Assembly (NCBI RefSeq): GCF_036588685.1 | Contig: NC_086377.1 | Location: forward strand, 5,394,001-5,458,000 | Direction of reading: 5' to 3' | Source of the DNA: Mytilus trossulus | Lineage: Eukaryota | Length of the DNA stretch: 64,000 nt | Part shown: piece after piece, positions 24,351 through 36,409 of the stretch | Layout of the letters: each line of letters begins with the position of its first letter | Position numbering within the stretch: position 1 is the stretch's first letter | The notes under the pieces: generated by a model | Seen by the model: the letters and a program-made list of their open reading frames with translations, nothing else | Database searches by the model: none | What the model was told of the DNA's origin: nothing | Made by a program: the position numbers and the translations under genes

Positions 24351-27300
24351 CTATAATTTACATATAAACAATGAAAACAAACAATGACAACACTTTGATT
24401 GAACTATTTAGATCAAATATCTTAATTTATCCTAAAATAACTTTTATATTTACCACCAAGTCACCACGAAATCACTTTTTGAGACTGATCTGAATGAAAG
24501 CCAGCATATATTACTTATTCACGGTCACACATTCATTTTTTTAACAATTCATAATTTTATTGTATTAAACATTATTATATTATTCAAAGACATTAGCGGA
24601 CTTTTACATTGTCAATACTGATATTATTTTTGTCATTGCACCCGCGTTTCTTTTCCATTCGATTTTTATGCGTTTTGTTATTTGTTTTTACCATGTGATA
24701 ATGGACTTTCGAATTGATTTTCCTTTAAGTTCAGTATTTTTGTGATTTTACATTTTACTCTTTGCGTGATTGGAAATAATTCATGTAATGAAAAAAGGGG
24801 GTTGCCCTGGCAGTAGGGTGAAACGACGTGGCGTCTGTCTAGCCATTTTATCATAAACGAAAAAAAGAACTAAACTGATGTCTCCATTGACATACTATTG
24901 TATAGGCAGTTCCCATTTCCCCTGGTTTTAATTGCAATACAGGTATAATCATCTGGTGTTAATGCACTTGATAAAGTGTCTAACAAAAACCATTAAAGGA
25001 GGTACAATGTATTCGCCGACGTACTCCTGTCTTGTAATACCGTTTTACATTCTTGAAACATATTTTCTATTTCATTGTCACTTTAAAAACTTATCAAACA
25101 TCGTAAGTTTTGCAAGTCATCCGCAAATGGCAAACGGACTAAGTTTAAATTCCGTAATATTGACTTTCACGATAATGCATACTGTTTTTTTTTTTAAAGA
25201 ATGGTTAATATGTTAATACGATTATTAAAATTAACCTGTGAAAAAGAAAAAACGAAACAAACAAAATTCGTCAAAAAAGAATTCGTCAAAAAATATTATC
25301 TCCCTTTGGTGCCAAATTTCATTTATTTGACATTAAAATTGATATATGTTTTTTTAACACATCGGTGACCTATAATTTGTATATCAACTTAATGATTGTA
25401 AAATTTCAGCAATGTTTGTAGTTATGTTATTTTTTAATTTCGATATTACTCTATTTCTACTATTAGTTCATCAGAAACGAAGGACATTTACAAATGTGCA
25501 TGCTTTTTTCGGAGGCAGATTGTGAGCTTCATTGAACGGTGACCCCACTTTTTTTCTTTTTTATTCCATTTTTCTATTTAGTATATGATAAATTTCATGT
25601 ATAACAAAAATATAGCGAAATTCTATATTTTAACAAAATTATACCCGCTACCCCCCCCCCCCTTCTTTAAACATATTTAAGATTTAGAATTTAATATATT
25701 CTAAGTTCTTAGGATACACAGTTTTTTAAATTTGTTTAAAAAAAAACAATGCTTAAAATACTTTGCTGGAACTTTACTTATACAAACGCATAAACGATTC
25801 AAAGAAAGGTATCCTAGAACCAAATTATATTCTCTTAAAAAGAATTCGTTTACGGACAAATTATCGCCAATTATTTGAAAATTAAGTCTTATAGTCAGAT
25901 ATGAGTGAAGACTTTATTGTGAATGCGTCTTGCCTAATCTATTGATAAGACTTATACTAATTGCATATGCGTGAAATGATGTGTGTTGTAGGGCAGGTTC
26001 GCATGAAATCCTTTCAAAATTTTGATTAGTTTCATGTTAATAAACATTTTAAGTTTCAAGTTGTAATTTGATAGTGTTTTTTGTATTTTAGTGGCTTTTT
26101 CTTGCTTTTGTTTCTTTGTTTTGTTTTTGTGTTTGTTGCTTTATTTTTTTTGTTTGTGATGCTTTGTTTTTTTTTTTCTTAAATTTGTCTGTTCTTCTTC
26201 GTTTTTTTTTTTTGTTGCTTTTTTTGGTTTGGTTGCTTTATTTTGTTTGTGTAACTTTGTTTTGCTTAGTTTTGCTATGTTTTGATTTTATTGCTGTGAC
26301 GTTGTAGGAGCTAACCACTATAAACAAAATTGATGACAAATCAGACAACTCTCCACAAGAATCCAAATGACAGAAATATTTAACAACTATAGGTCACCGT
26401 ACGGGCTTCAACAGTGAGCAAAGCTTTTACCGCATAGTCAGCTATATACAAGTCCCCCAATAAAAAAAATGTAAAACAATTCAAAAGAGAAAACGAACTA
26501 CATAATGTATGTAGTATGTTTTTTAATATCCTTTTGGTTTCTTAACTAACATGTATGTAGACGAGTTTAACCAATCTTAACTTGTCATAAATGTAACCAA
26601 ACATATACACATGAAAGAAACAAACACCTCAACTAAAGACTATTTGACTCGTTGAATTTTTATCAAATTTTAAAAATGAATCAACTGTTACCGTGTGAAA
26701 ATAATATTAACATTTCAAAGAATGTGAACTACACACTTTATCGGAATAGTGTCATTCAATACATAGCATTTGAAATACAGTGTTTTTATTATTGGAAAAC
26801 TTTATATTTTCATTAATGATAAAAGGTAATTATAACGGTCGGCATATTTTATAGTTATCGCCCTGCAGTGCCATGCACAACCGTAATGATATACTTTTCT
26901 GCAAACCTTGATTTTTTTTTACTTTAGACCAGCCGAAAAAAATACAGGTGATACGTTTTTTCTTTTAATAATTAACTTACTTAAGTATATCTTTGAAGGT
27001 ATATTTATAGATTCTGTCCTATTACTATGACACATTCAACCAAGGAAAATGCCATCAATCTTCTCATGGACATATTGGTTTGATTGCACTTTCGCGGTTA
27101 CGATGTAAAATAGAATAGTGAGCGGTCAGTCATATATTAGGATTCTGACGTTTGTAAGGTATCTGTTTCCTTAAATTTATATATTAGAACACAAACAATT
27201 GTCTGGTGTTGGAATACTGCTTTTTTTTTTATTACATTTCAATACATCAATCGTATATAATTGGTACTGAATAACAAAAGTATGTATTGTTTACTATCCT

Positions 27301-28429
27301 ACTACTTGTCATCATTGTTCTCCCAATGAAACAGGAAACAAATTGTGCACGTGTTATCTTAACTGAACAGCATAGTCTTCAAAACCTGCATGTAATCACG
27401 ACGGATACATATATTATTGTCATACTCAAGTCGAACTAAAACTAACACATCACAGACGGCAAACAGTTAAAAGAATTATCATAAGATAAACAATATACAA
27501 AATACAAAACAACAAGTAACCAGGAAATGACCACCATATATCGGTGATATCAGATGCTAATGTTAGAATAGCAGTAGTTGGTTATCAAGGTACCAGGGTA
27601 ATAATTTTTAAAGGGAATTAAAGTACAAATGGAAACGGCTGTATCAAAAATATACAAGTGGTGTTCCCATATAAAATAATACACTTGCTGTCATTATATC
27701 TATCGTAAATTAAGAAAAACAAAATTATCATAAAAGCTTGAAACAGCAAAAAGTTAAGACAGACAAAATATGTGCACTCTCAACTATCATGCCAAATAAT
27801 TCCACAACATATCATTTTGCATTTGTAGTACATGTAGTAACATCCCATCTCAATGTAAAAAGTCAATCTTAAAATTGGTTTGTTGGGTGGAATCATAAAA
27901 CAATACTTATACCAAATGTGAGACTTTGCCTTTGTGGTATGGAAACTTGTGGTATAATTTCAAAGAGATTCATACACCATTCCATGCGTTATTGTGAGTA
28001 AACTAGAAGAATGCTTATGTGTGCATTCCCTCCCCTCCCCCCCCCCCCCCCAATTCCTAATCTGTTTGGACCATAACGCCCAAAATAAATCCCAACATTT
28101 TTTGTGTCATAAATCTAAAGTTTAAATTTCATATATTTCTATTTACTTATACTAAAGTTAGGTTTATAGCCTTATGCTTTAAATAAATTCTAAATTTTGT
28201 TAACTGAAAAGTTATGAAAAGTATTAAAACATCAAATATATTGCATCTCATTCGGGTAAAACGATTGATTGAATTACAATACCGCTATTAATCGAGTATA
28301 ACACTTGTAATGATAGAATAACACTTGCAATGTAATATAAGATGACTTTTTAACATCGATTTACGACGATTATCAAATAATATAATACTATAAATGGTTT
28401 TTTTTATATAAAAAAAGATTAACAGTTTG

Positions 28430-29790
28430 CAGGTTATAATTCAACAACACTTACCGTTATCTTGATGATATTTTTTTCGTTAAATAATCAAGAATTTTCT
28501 AAATATACTGCTGCAATTAACCCCAAGGAACTTACTTTAAATAATTCATATTTATTCGGTAATAACTGTCCTCTCCTGGATTTAGATATTTCGGTTTTTA
28601 ACGGAAAACTCCACACTAAAATTTACGACAAAAGAGACGATTTGTTGTTCCCTATTGTTAATTTTCCATTTTTAGAGTGTGGTGTTCCTTTGGCACCATC
28701 CTACGGTGTTTACATTTCACAACTTGTTCGCTATGCCCGTGTCTGTTGTGACGTTTTTTATTTTAACGAACGCAAACTGTGTATTACTGGTAAATTATTA
28801 AACCAGGAATATTGTTACCATAAATTACTTAAAACCTTTACTATTTTTTTCCATAGATATAAAGATTTGGTTTTGAAGTTTTGTTGTACCGGTAGAAAAA
28901 TTATTTCAAACGGGATAGCACATGCTTGTTTTACGGAAATGTTGTTAACCGTATCCGGTCATTTAGAAATGATCCATGTAAACTTGTCGCTCCTTTAAAT
29001 AAACTTATTCTAAAAGGTTACCTATTCAACACAGTAATACGATCATTGAATTTTTTTTTTTGGTATAAATATTGATTTCGTTCTCAGTAAATTAAAAGCT
29101 AACTAAATATAACAAGTATTTTATAGACAAATGCATATTCATGGATCTACAGTCTGTCGATACCTGTAACTTGGCATTGCACAAGGTCGTGTTTTTTTCT
29201 GGCTGTTTATAAAGTATTTCTGAATCCTTTGGATGTTGGATATGCACGGATTGATAGTTTTTTTATTAGTTGTAAGTGGCTTTGAACTAACTGTCAGGTA
29301 ACTGCGAGTATTCTCAGATCTGCTCATTTGTGTCGGGATGTATAAGTACCCGTCCACGTCTACTTGTATTTTTGTCCATCTGACGAGTTAAGCCTTTTCA
29401 ACTGATTTGTATGGTTCGTTCTTATGTTGTACTGTTATACCACTGTCCCAGGTTAGGGGAAGGGTTGGGATCCCACTAACATGTTTAAGCCCGCCACATT
29501 AGTTATGTGCCTGTCCCAATTCAGGAGCCTGTAAATCAGTGGTTGTCGTTTGTGTGTGTGTTACGTATTTGTTTTTCGTTCATTTTCATTATATAAATAA
29601 GGCCGTTAGTTTTCTCGTTTATATTGTTTTACATTGTCTATTTGGGGCCTTTTTAGCTGACTATGCGGTATAGGCTTTGCTCATTGTTGAAGGGCGTACG
29701 GTGACCTATAGTTGTTAATGTCTGTGTCATCTTGCTCTTTTGTGGATAGTTGTCTCATTGGCCATCATACCACATTTTCTTTTTTATAGT
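28430..29790 (+). mobile_element. Penelope-like RT 3' fragment (second family) plus 3' non-coding repeat tail
   Basis: CPLLDLDISVFNGKLHTKIYDKRDD..FPIVNFPFL...PSYGVYISQLVRYARVC; the ORF ends without a C-terminal GIY-YIG. Duplicate at ~48230-49590. Confidence 0.75.
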
Positions 29791-30049
29791 TCATAAAGAT
29801 TATTATATATATAGTGTGTAAATCCAACATGCCAGCCATTGTGCTTTGTTACCATTATTGTTTGTACAAACTATATTTATAATGATCTAAATGAACGAAC
29901 CTGCTTTCTACATACCTCTGTAAACTTATAAAATACACTATTACATAATCAATTTTTAAAAATCATTAATAAGTATGTTTTTATATTAAAATTATAAGTG
30001 TTATTCGGTCATTTGAGGCACCGACGCCATTGACAGGAAAATATCGTCA

Positions 30050-30650
30050 AAATATGTGTTGTAGGGCAGACTTATTCTAATTGTTTATGCGTGAAATGAT
30101 ATGGGTTGTAGGACAGGCTCGTATGAGATCATTATGAGTAAAATGATATGTGGTGTAAGACAGGATCGTATGAGATCCTTATAGGTAAAATCATATGTCT
30201 TGTAGGGTAGGCTCGTATAAGATATGTATGGGTCCAATTGTATGTATTGTAGGGCAGGCTCGACTGAAATCATTATGAGTATAATGATGTGCGTTGTATG
30301 GTAGGCTCGTACGAGATCATTATGAGTAAAATTATATGTGTTGTAGGGCAGGCTAGTATGAGATCGTTATGGGTAAAATTATATGTGTTGTAGGACGGGG
30401 TCGTATGAGATGATTTGGGGTAAAATTATATGTGTTGTAGGACAGGCGCGTATGAGATCATTATGAGTAAAATTATATGTGATGTAGGGTAGGCTCCTAT
30501 GTTATCACTATGAGTAAAATGATATGTGTTGTAAGGCAGGCTAGTATGAGATCATTATGGGTAAAATTATATGTGTTGTAGGACAGACTCGTATGAGATC
30601 ACGATGGGTAAAATGATATGTTTTGTAGAACTGGTTCGTATGAGGTCATT
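30050..30650 (+). repeat. 47-bp tandem repeat array (~12 units)
   Basis: Approximate unit GTATGAGATCATTATGAGTAAAATGATATGTGTTGTAGGGCAGGCTC. Confidence 0.9.
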
Positions 30651-32483
30651 CGCATATTTTAGTTAGTGTCATGTTAGTAAAAATTCTAAATTTCAAGTTG
30701 TGATTTGACTGTGTTGTTGTATTTGGGAACTTTGTTTTTTTTGTTGTTGCTTTGATTTGCTTTTGCTGCTGCGACGTTGTGGGATTGTCGTATAACCATT
30801 TTGAAAACAGAATATGTCGTATGATGCAAATGAGGTAACTCTCCTCAAGAGAGCAAATGATAGACTAAAATAACAAGTGTAGGTCACCGTTCGACCTATA
30901 ACGGTGTACTAAACCCATGCTAAAAAAAATCGAAATCATAAAATGTAAAACAATTCAAGCGAGAAAACTAATAAACTAGTTTTGAATATCCCATTGGTTT
31001 CCAACCTCTAATGTATGAAGACGAAATAAACCACTCTGAACAAAAATGTACCTATAAAAGAAACTTAAGGTGGTAAGAAAAACCTTAACTTAAATATATT
31101 TGGCTTGTTTAATTTTCAGAATATTTTGAAAATGTATCAACTTTGACCCATTTAATTTTTTTTTTAAATAACGTAAACCATACACTTAATCTGAAACAAA
31201 GTATAATAAGCCATACAAGTAATCAACAGCAAGATATCAACACATGTTTTAATAATTTGCTAACCCTTACGTTTGATTAAATAGGAAATGAGAAAAGAAA
31301 AACGTGTTTTAACATATTTTCATACATATTTTTTTATAAAATTTTAACATTCAAACATTTTCTTTAAATGGTCCTATACCTTTATTGGGATTTCATTGAT
31401 ACAATATATTCGATTGTGATTATTAAATGTAAAAAAAAGGAAATAATTTTTATGTGATTTTCTTGGTTTGTATTTAAAAAAAAACATTAACACAGAAATT
31501 AGTTATGAGATTGTAATACACAATTTCAATGCAAAGTAAAGTGACGAAGTCGCAAGTCGATATTGTTAATGAATACATTACTCGTCTAGATAACAGAAAC
31601 AATTAAAAGATCGATCTATGTTCATTTAATCAAACCACTAAAAATGTATTTTGTCTACGAGCAGCTCATCAATTGCGCTTGCATGTGAGTTTGTAAGTAA
31701 GGCCATGAAATATACCCACGAATGATGATTAATGCAAGGACAACATACAATCAGCTGTGCAAAAAACCTGGTAAACCAAAGTCATCGATAGTTTGTAGAT
31801 CCATGAATGTGTATATGTATATTACAATAATATTAAGTTTGCTTTTAATTTACTAATAACACAATCAATATTAATACTAATGAAAATAATATTCAGTGAA
31901 CTTACTACCGTGTTGAATTAGTAACCTTTTATGATTAGTTTACTTATAAGATCGATAAGATTACTAGGAACGTTTCTAAATTTCCGCGCACTGTAAACAT
32001 AATTTCCGTAAGGATGAGATTGTGCTCTCTCGTTTGGAAGGTACGACAAAACTTCATAACCAAATCTTTATATCTAGGGAAGAATTAAGTAAAAAGTAAT
32101 TTGCGGAAACGAAGTCCCTGGCTCAATAATTAAGCAGTTACCCTTGGAATACATTCGTTAAAATGCAAAACATCAAAACAAATACGGGCATAACAAATAA
32201 GTTGTAAAATATAAACACCATAAGAAGGTGCCAAATAATACTGTTCAACCTCCATTACCGTTGGTCCTTCAATTTGTTTAGTTTGAGCGACACTGATAAG
32301 GCTTGTGAAGATAAAACGCGTATGGCGTGATAATAGTGACATCATTAAGATTTTAGAAATTAACCATACCAGACGTATGTTCTTATCTGATACTATTTTA
32401 AACACGCCAAAATATTCAACATTTTAATTAAATCAAAATAAATTCAAATCAAAGTTTTCAAGTTGAATAACGGTTATTTTCAT

Positions 32484-32801
32484 TTAATGTTTATTGTCAC
32501 AAGAAAAATCCAAATTCGACAAGCTACTACAAGCGGAGGGTCTAGATCCATGCAATGTGCCATGGTGACACTGGCACTGCATTGCTGTGTCTGATAGAAA
32601 ACAATCGGAATGAACTTCGTGGCAAGAACCACCGGACTTTCCTTTGCACTTGCAACATGTATTACAGTCAAGCCATAGGTGTCCAGTTGCAGCAGAACTC
32701 CATCCAGTGCATCTCGACCATGTTTCCCAACAACCACCTTTGGTCTGCTTCAATTCAAGCACAAAAACCAGCAAGCAAAGTGAATATACAAACAACTTCA
32801 T
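32484..32801 (-). CDS. Macin-family antimicrobial peptide precursor, 12-Cys (mytimacin-5-like), copy A
   Basis: Predicted 22-aa signal peptide, then GCWETWSRCTGWSSAATGHLWLDCNTCCKC...C..C..QCQC..C..C. This is the theromacin/hydramacin pattern (CxExWSRC, TGxLWxxC, QCxC) with 12 Cys. Acceptor tttcag 3 nt before the ATG. Confidence 0.93.
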   Translation of the reverse strand: MKLFVYSLCLLVFVLELKQTKGGCWETWSRCTGWSSAATGHLWLDCNTCCKCKGKSGGSCHEVHSDCFLSDTAMQCQCHHGTLHGSRPSACSSLSNLDFSCDNKH

Positions 32802-33546
32802 TCTCTGAAATAGATTAAGAATATAGGATACATTTATTTATTTACTACTGTATAAAATAAGCATGGTCATGTTAAATTATAAAGATCTGTTAATCATGTA
32901 CCCTATACATTACCGGACGCATATTTTAGACATACAGTCAATTACTCATAAAAATTAGATTATGTTATCCTATATTTACCCAGCAATATCTTCAAGTTAC
33001 ATGTACAACATGTCATATGTAAATTTACAAACTTGAAAACACTAGTAAAATTTATACATTGTTATCAATTAGGAATATCTACAATGTTTTCATGTATTTG
33101 CAACTTTTCAATTTCACACCAGTATACTGTTTTCTAGTGAGGCACATTGTAAACTTCCTGTCTATTATAGTTACGGAGGTTTCAAACTGCCAGTTTAACA
33201 TTCTAAATATAAAGTGCAAACATATCTAAGCCCACTTAAATGACGGCAATACCCCACTGGTATTCAATGTCCAAAACGTTCGATGAAAGTTAAGATTAAC
33301 GGTATCCCAAAAAAATCCTAGAAAAATATCATCCTCGATACAGACGGAGGCTTAAATTATCATTGTTTAGCTAAATATCGTCAAAAACATCAGATCTCTA
33401 AATATAATATTTTGCAGATAGTTAATTCATTTAAAGATATGAAACGAAACCAAAAGGACGGTTTTACAATACATTTATAATACCTAACTGGCACTCTGGG
33501 CCCTGCGTGAACATAGAGTACAGGAAATGTACCCAAATTCCGTAAG

Positions 33547-33578
<32 letters not shown>

Positions 33579-34663
33579 ATATTTCTATTGATATTTGTAA
33601 ACTTTTTTCGAGTGATCGATCTTTGAAATATAATATATAAAATTTCATCTTTGATGTCGTTCATTGATAAAAAAATATATGTTTCATAAAGACAACTATG
33701 CCACTTTCATAAGGGTTTATTTTCGAGAGCAACTAGAATTTCGATAGATTGACGGGTCATACAAAGATTTCCTGCTTAAATGTGCACTCCTCTGAGCTAA
33801 TGTTACCAGATAATTTTGTTTATGATGTTCAACTTAATTTGAGTATCCAACCGACAGCTTGCAGCCCGTAAGATATTTAATATTGAATATATCTAATATC
33901 GAACCGGCCGCTAACTTATCATGTATACGTAAATATGTGGGTGTGAATTAAATAATTACTCAGAAAACCAGCAACGTAATTAAATGTTCTTTTGCTGATT
34001 TTTTTTAATCTATCAAAACATTTTGACAAGATAGTTTTTAATGTTGTTTTTTTATTCAATCATACTTATTATTTACACACTCTTCACTAATTATACAAAA
34101 TTGTCTAGTATAATATCGCAGTTTTCAAATATTCCCTACAATATCACACTTATAAAGTTAATTCTTTCAACATATTGACTTCTCACTCTGATTACATTTA
34201 ATTAAAATCAAAATTTACAGATTGTTTCCATCCAAACAAAACTAATAATTCTTATAAATACAGATATGCTTAAATGAAAACAAAGATTTTTTTATTCGAA
34301 TAGATTCCAATGTATTGACACATTCAATTTAATTTTAGCATTGTGAGTTAATACATCTTAGACTTTTTTTTGTCTAAATTGAACATCAAACTATAATGTC
34401 AAGTCATGGAATAGTCGAAATTAAAAAAAAAGTAAAAAAGCTTACTCATATATAAATTAGATCATTTTTGTGAAGTATGTATGTTAGTCACATTTACATT
34501 GAGTTCACATATTAAGATATGTTTCGTCTTTTATTTTGCAGGAGAACATGTAAACTCGCATATTTTTTTATTCAAAAGATGCATGAGTTTGATGGTACCG
34601 GCATTATACATTTGAAAGGCTACATATACGTTTATATAAAGCATTTGAAAAAGACACACTTAC

Positions 34664-34795
34664 CGTTTAAAGTATCACTGCAGAGTTTTAGTTAGATAGG
34701 TTACATAAAGCTGCCCGTGCAATGTTTATATATGTTTATATATAATCCTTATCTCATGAAGTCTAAATAATGATCGTGCTTATCATGTAATAGTT
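34664..34795 (-). promoter_or_regulatory. Putative non-coding exon 1 and promoter of macin copy A
   Basis: Donor G|GTAAGT at 34664/34663 (intron 32805-34663); two TATATAAA at 34732-34725 and 34742-34735; GATAAG motifs at ~34750 and ~34780. All are conserved in copy B. Confidence 0.6.
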
Positions 34796-35049
34796 TTGCG
34801 TCTTAACAAAACAACAAGCACCTGTTACATAGATATGCAAATATTTAAAGTTGAATCAGTTTGATTAAATTGAAATCTAGTTTTGTACCGCTATTCATAT
34901 TGCATTTATTTAGGATTTTCTGATTCTAATTTTCCTCCGAGTTCTTTTTTTTTTGATATTTTACTTTAATTCTTTTTTATTCATTACCCCTTTCAAAACT
35001 TCATTTTCTGTTCAATGTAAGTTTGGAAACCACTTCCACAAACCCTATT

Positions 35050-36145
35050 TAAACCGATACAAACTTACAGCTATCAGTTCAGATATTGCAAACCAGTGCG
35101 CAGAGGGAAAAGAGAAAAGATATTTTCTAAAAAAATCTAATGACAGCAAAGGTCTCGATGTGGTCAATATCCTTCTTCATAAATCAATTCTATCAAAAAT
35201 ATGTAAGGATCAATCTGTACCTATCATTTCTTAACCCTATAACAACTAAAATATTCAATTAAAAATACGTTTTGCCGGATCTCAATATTGACGACTTCAA
35301 GTCTTAACCTCCTGATTGCACCTGTTCTAGTTCCTTTTCACATATTTTCAGGTAGGCCACGTTATTACCGGTGACCTCAAAATTGTCATTAACACTTCAC
35401 TGCAAATTATTTCATCAAAAGGACCGAAACATCGTGAGCTTAAATCCATCAATTTGAAATACAACTCTACTATAATGATGGATTAAGCCGAAGATAATGC
35501 CGATCATTGTTAATTAACGCGAGAAAGAAGACATAGATACTCTTTCTGAATGGATTGAGGCTATATTGTCGTTGATATAAATCAGGATTATAAAACTGAA
35601 TGGGTCTATGACAAAAACCGTGCTACGTTAAAGTGTCCAAACCCGATTGTAGCAAATTACTTGTCCTACATCCATGACAAATATGTTGTTGTCTTAGATG
35701 CCTCTCAGATAAAAAAGCAACTAACAACATTTTTTCGCATTCAAATCGCATTACAAAAACTTGCTTAAAAAAAAACCAATGTATGGAAAGTTCACTTGTA
35801 AACACAACGTATACCCTCACCATGGAGTTGACATGTCGGTTCTATTTTCTTTTGAAATGCAACCAATGAGGAAACACTGTTTCTACCATCATTGTGTTGG
35901 ATACCTAAACTACATAATTGTCCTTATAAACAACGGTATATTGCTGGGTCTTCCAAGTGCTACACAGTTATTCTTTCTTAATTATCAACATCTTGTTTGA
36001 ACAGCGGTATACTACTGTTGCCTTTATTTATCTGCAATTCAAGGCGGTCTTCGGATTTATGGTGAATATGCCTATTCAAGAGGTTGCGTCAGTCAAATGT
36101 GGATACTTAAAAATTCCAAAGAGTACATACAATCCAAGATTATTA
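35050..36145 (+). mobile_element. Naiad-type Penelope-like fragment (plus strand), CxC linker to early RT, degenerate
   Basis: PPDCTCSS (CxC) at ~35308-35331, GHVITGDL, KGPKHRE, HDKYVVV and WIPKLH. Shorter duplicate at ~54865-55522. Confidence 0.75.
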
Positions 36146-36409
36146 TAGCCCATTGCCTGGCATAATCCTCGACCGAATCCGTCAAAATTTTAAAGTTGTA
36201 TTTCCTATTGATGGATTGAGGCTCACGATATTTCGGACCTTTCGATAACACAATTCGTAGAGAAGTGTTATTAACAATGTTAAAGTCACCGGTAATAACG
36301 TGGCCATTATCTAAGGGAAGGATTCATCATACTTTGTAAAAAATCATTCTGATCGATTTTGATCGACGTGTTTTTTTACCGACTTGTATATATTTGGTTG
36401 ATGTATAAG

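Noticed and set aside
26116-26307. 63-aa Phe/Leu/Cys-rich ORF
   Set aside because: Translation of a T-rich low-complexity tract.
27450-27540. Signal-peptide-like MVVISWLLVVLYFVYCLS on the minus strand of the repeated module
   Set aside because: The frame is not conserved between module copies and stops early; T-rich sequence produces hydrophobic runs by chance.
30050-30650. 47-bp and 18-bp arrays as CRISPR
   Set aside because: Contiguous degenerate tandem units without unique spacers; eukaryotic context; no cas genes.
32480-32818. Overlapping 85-aa and 87-aa ORFs at both macin loci
   Set aside because: Both nucleotide differences between the copies are silent in the macin frame, while each overlapping frame shows an amino-acid change.
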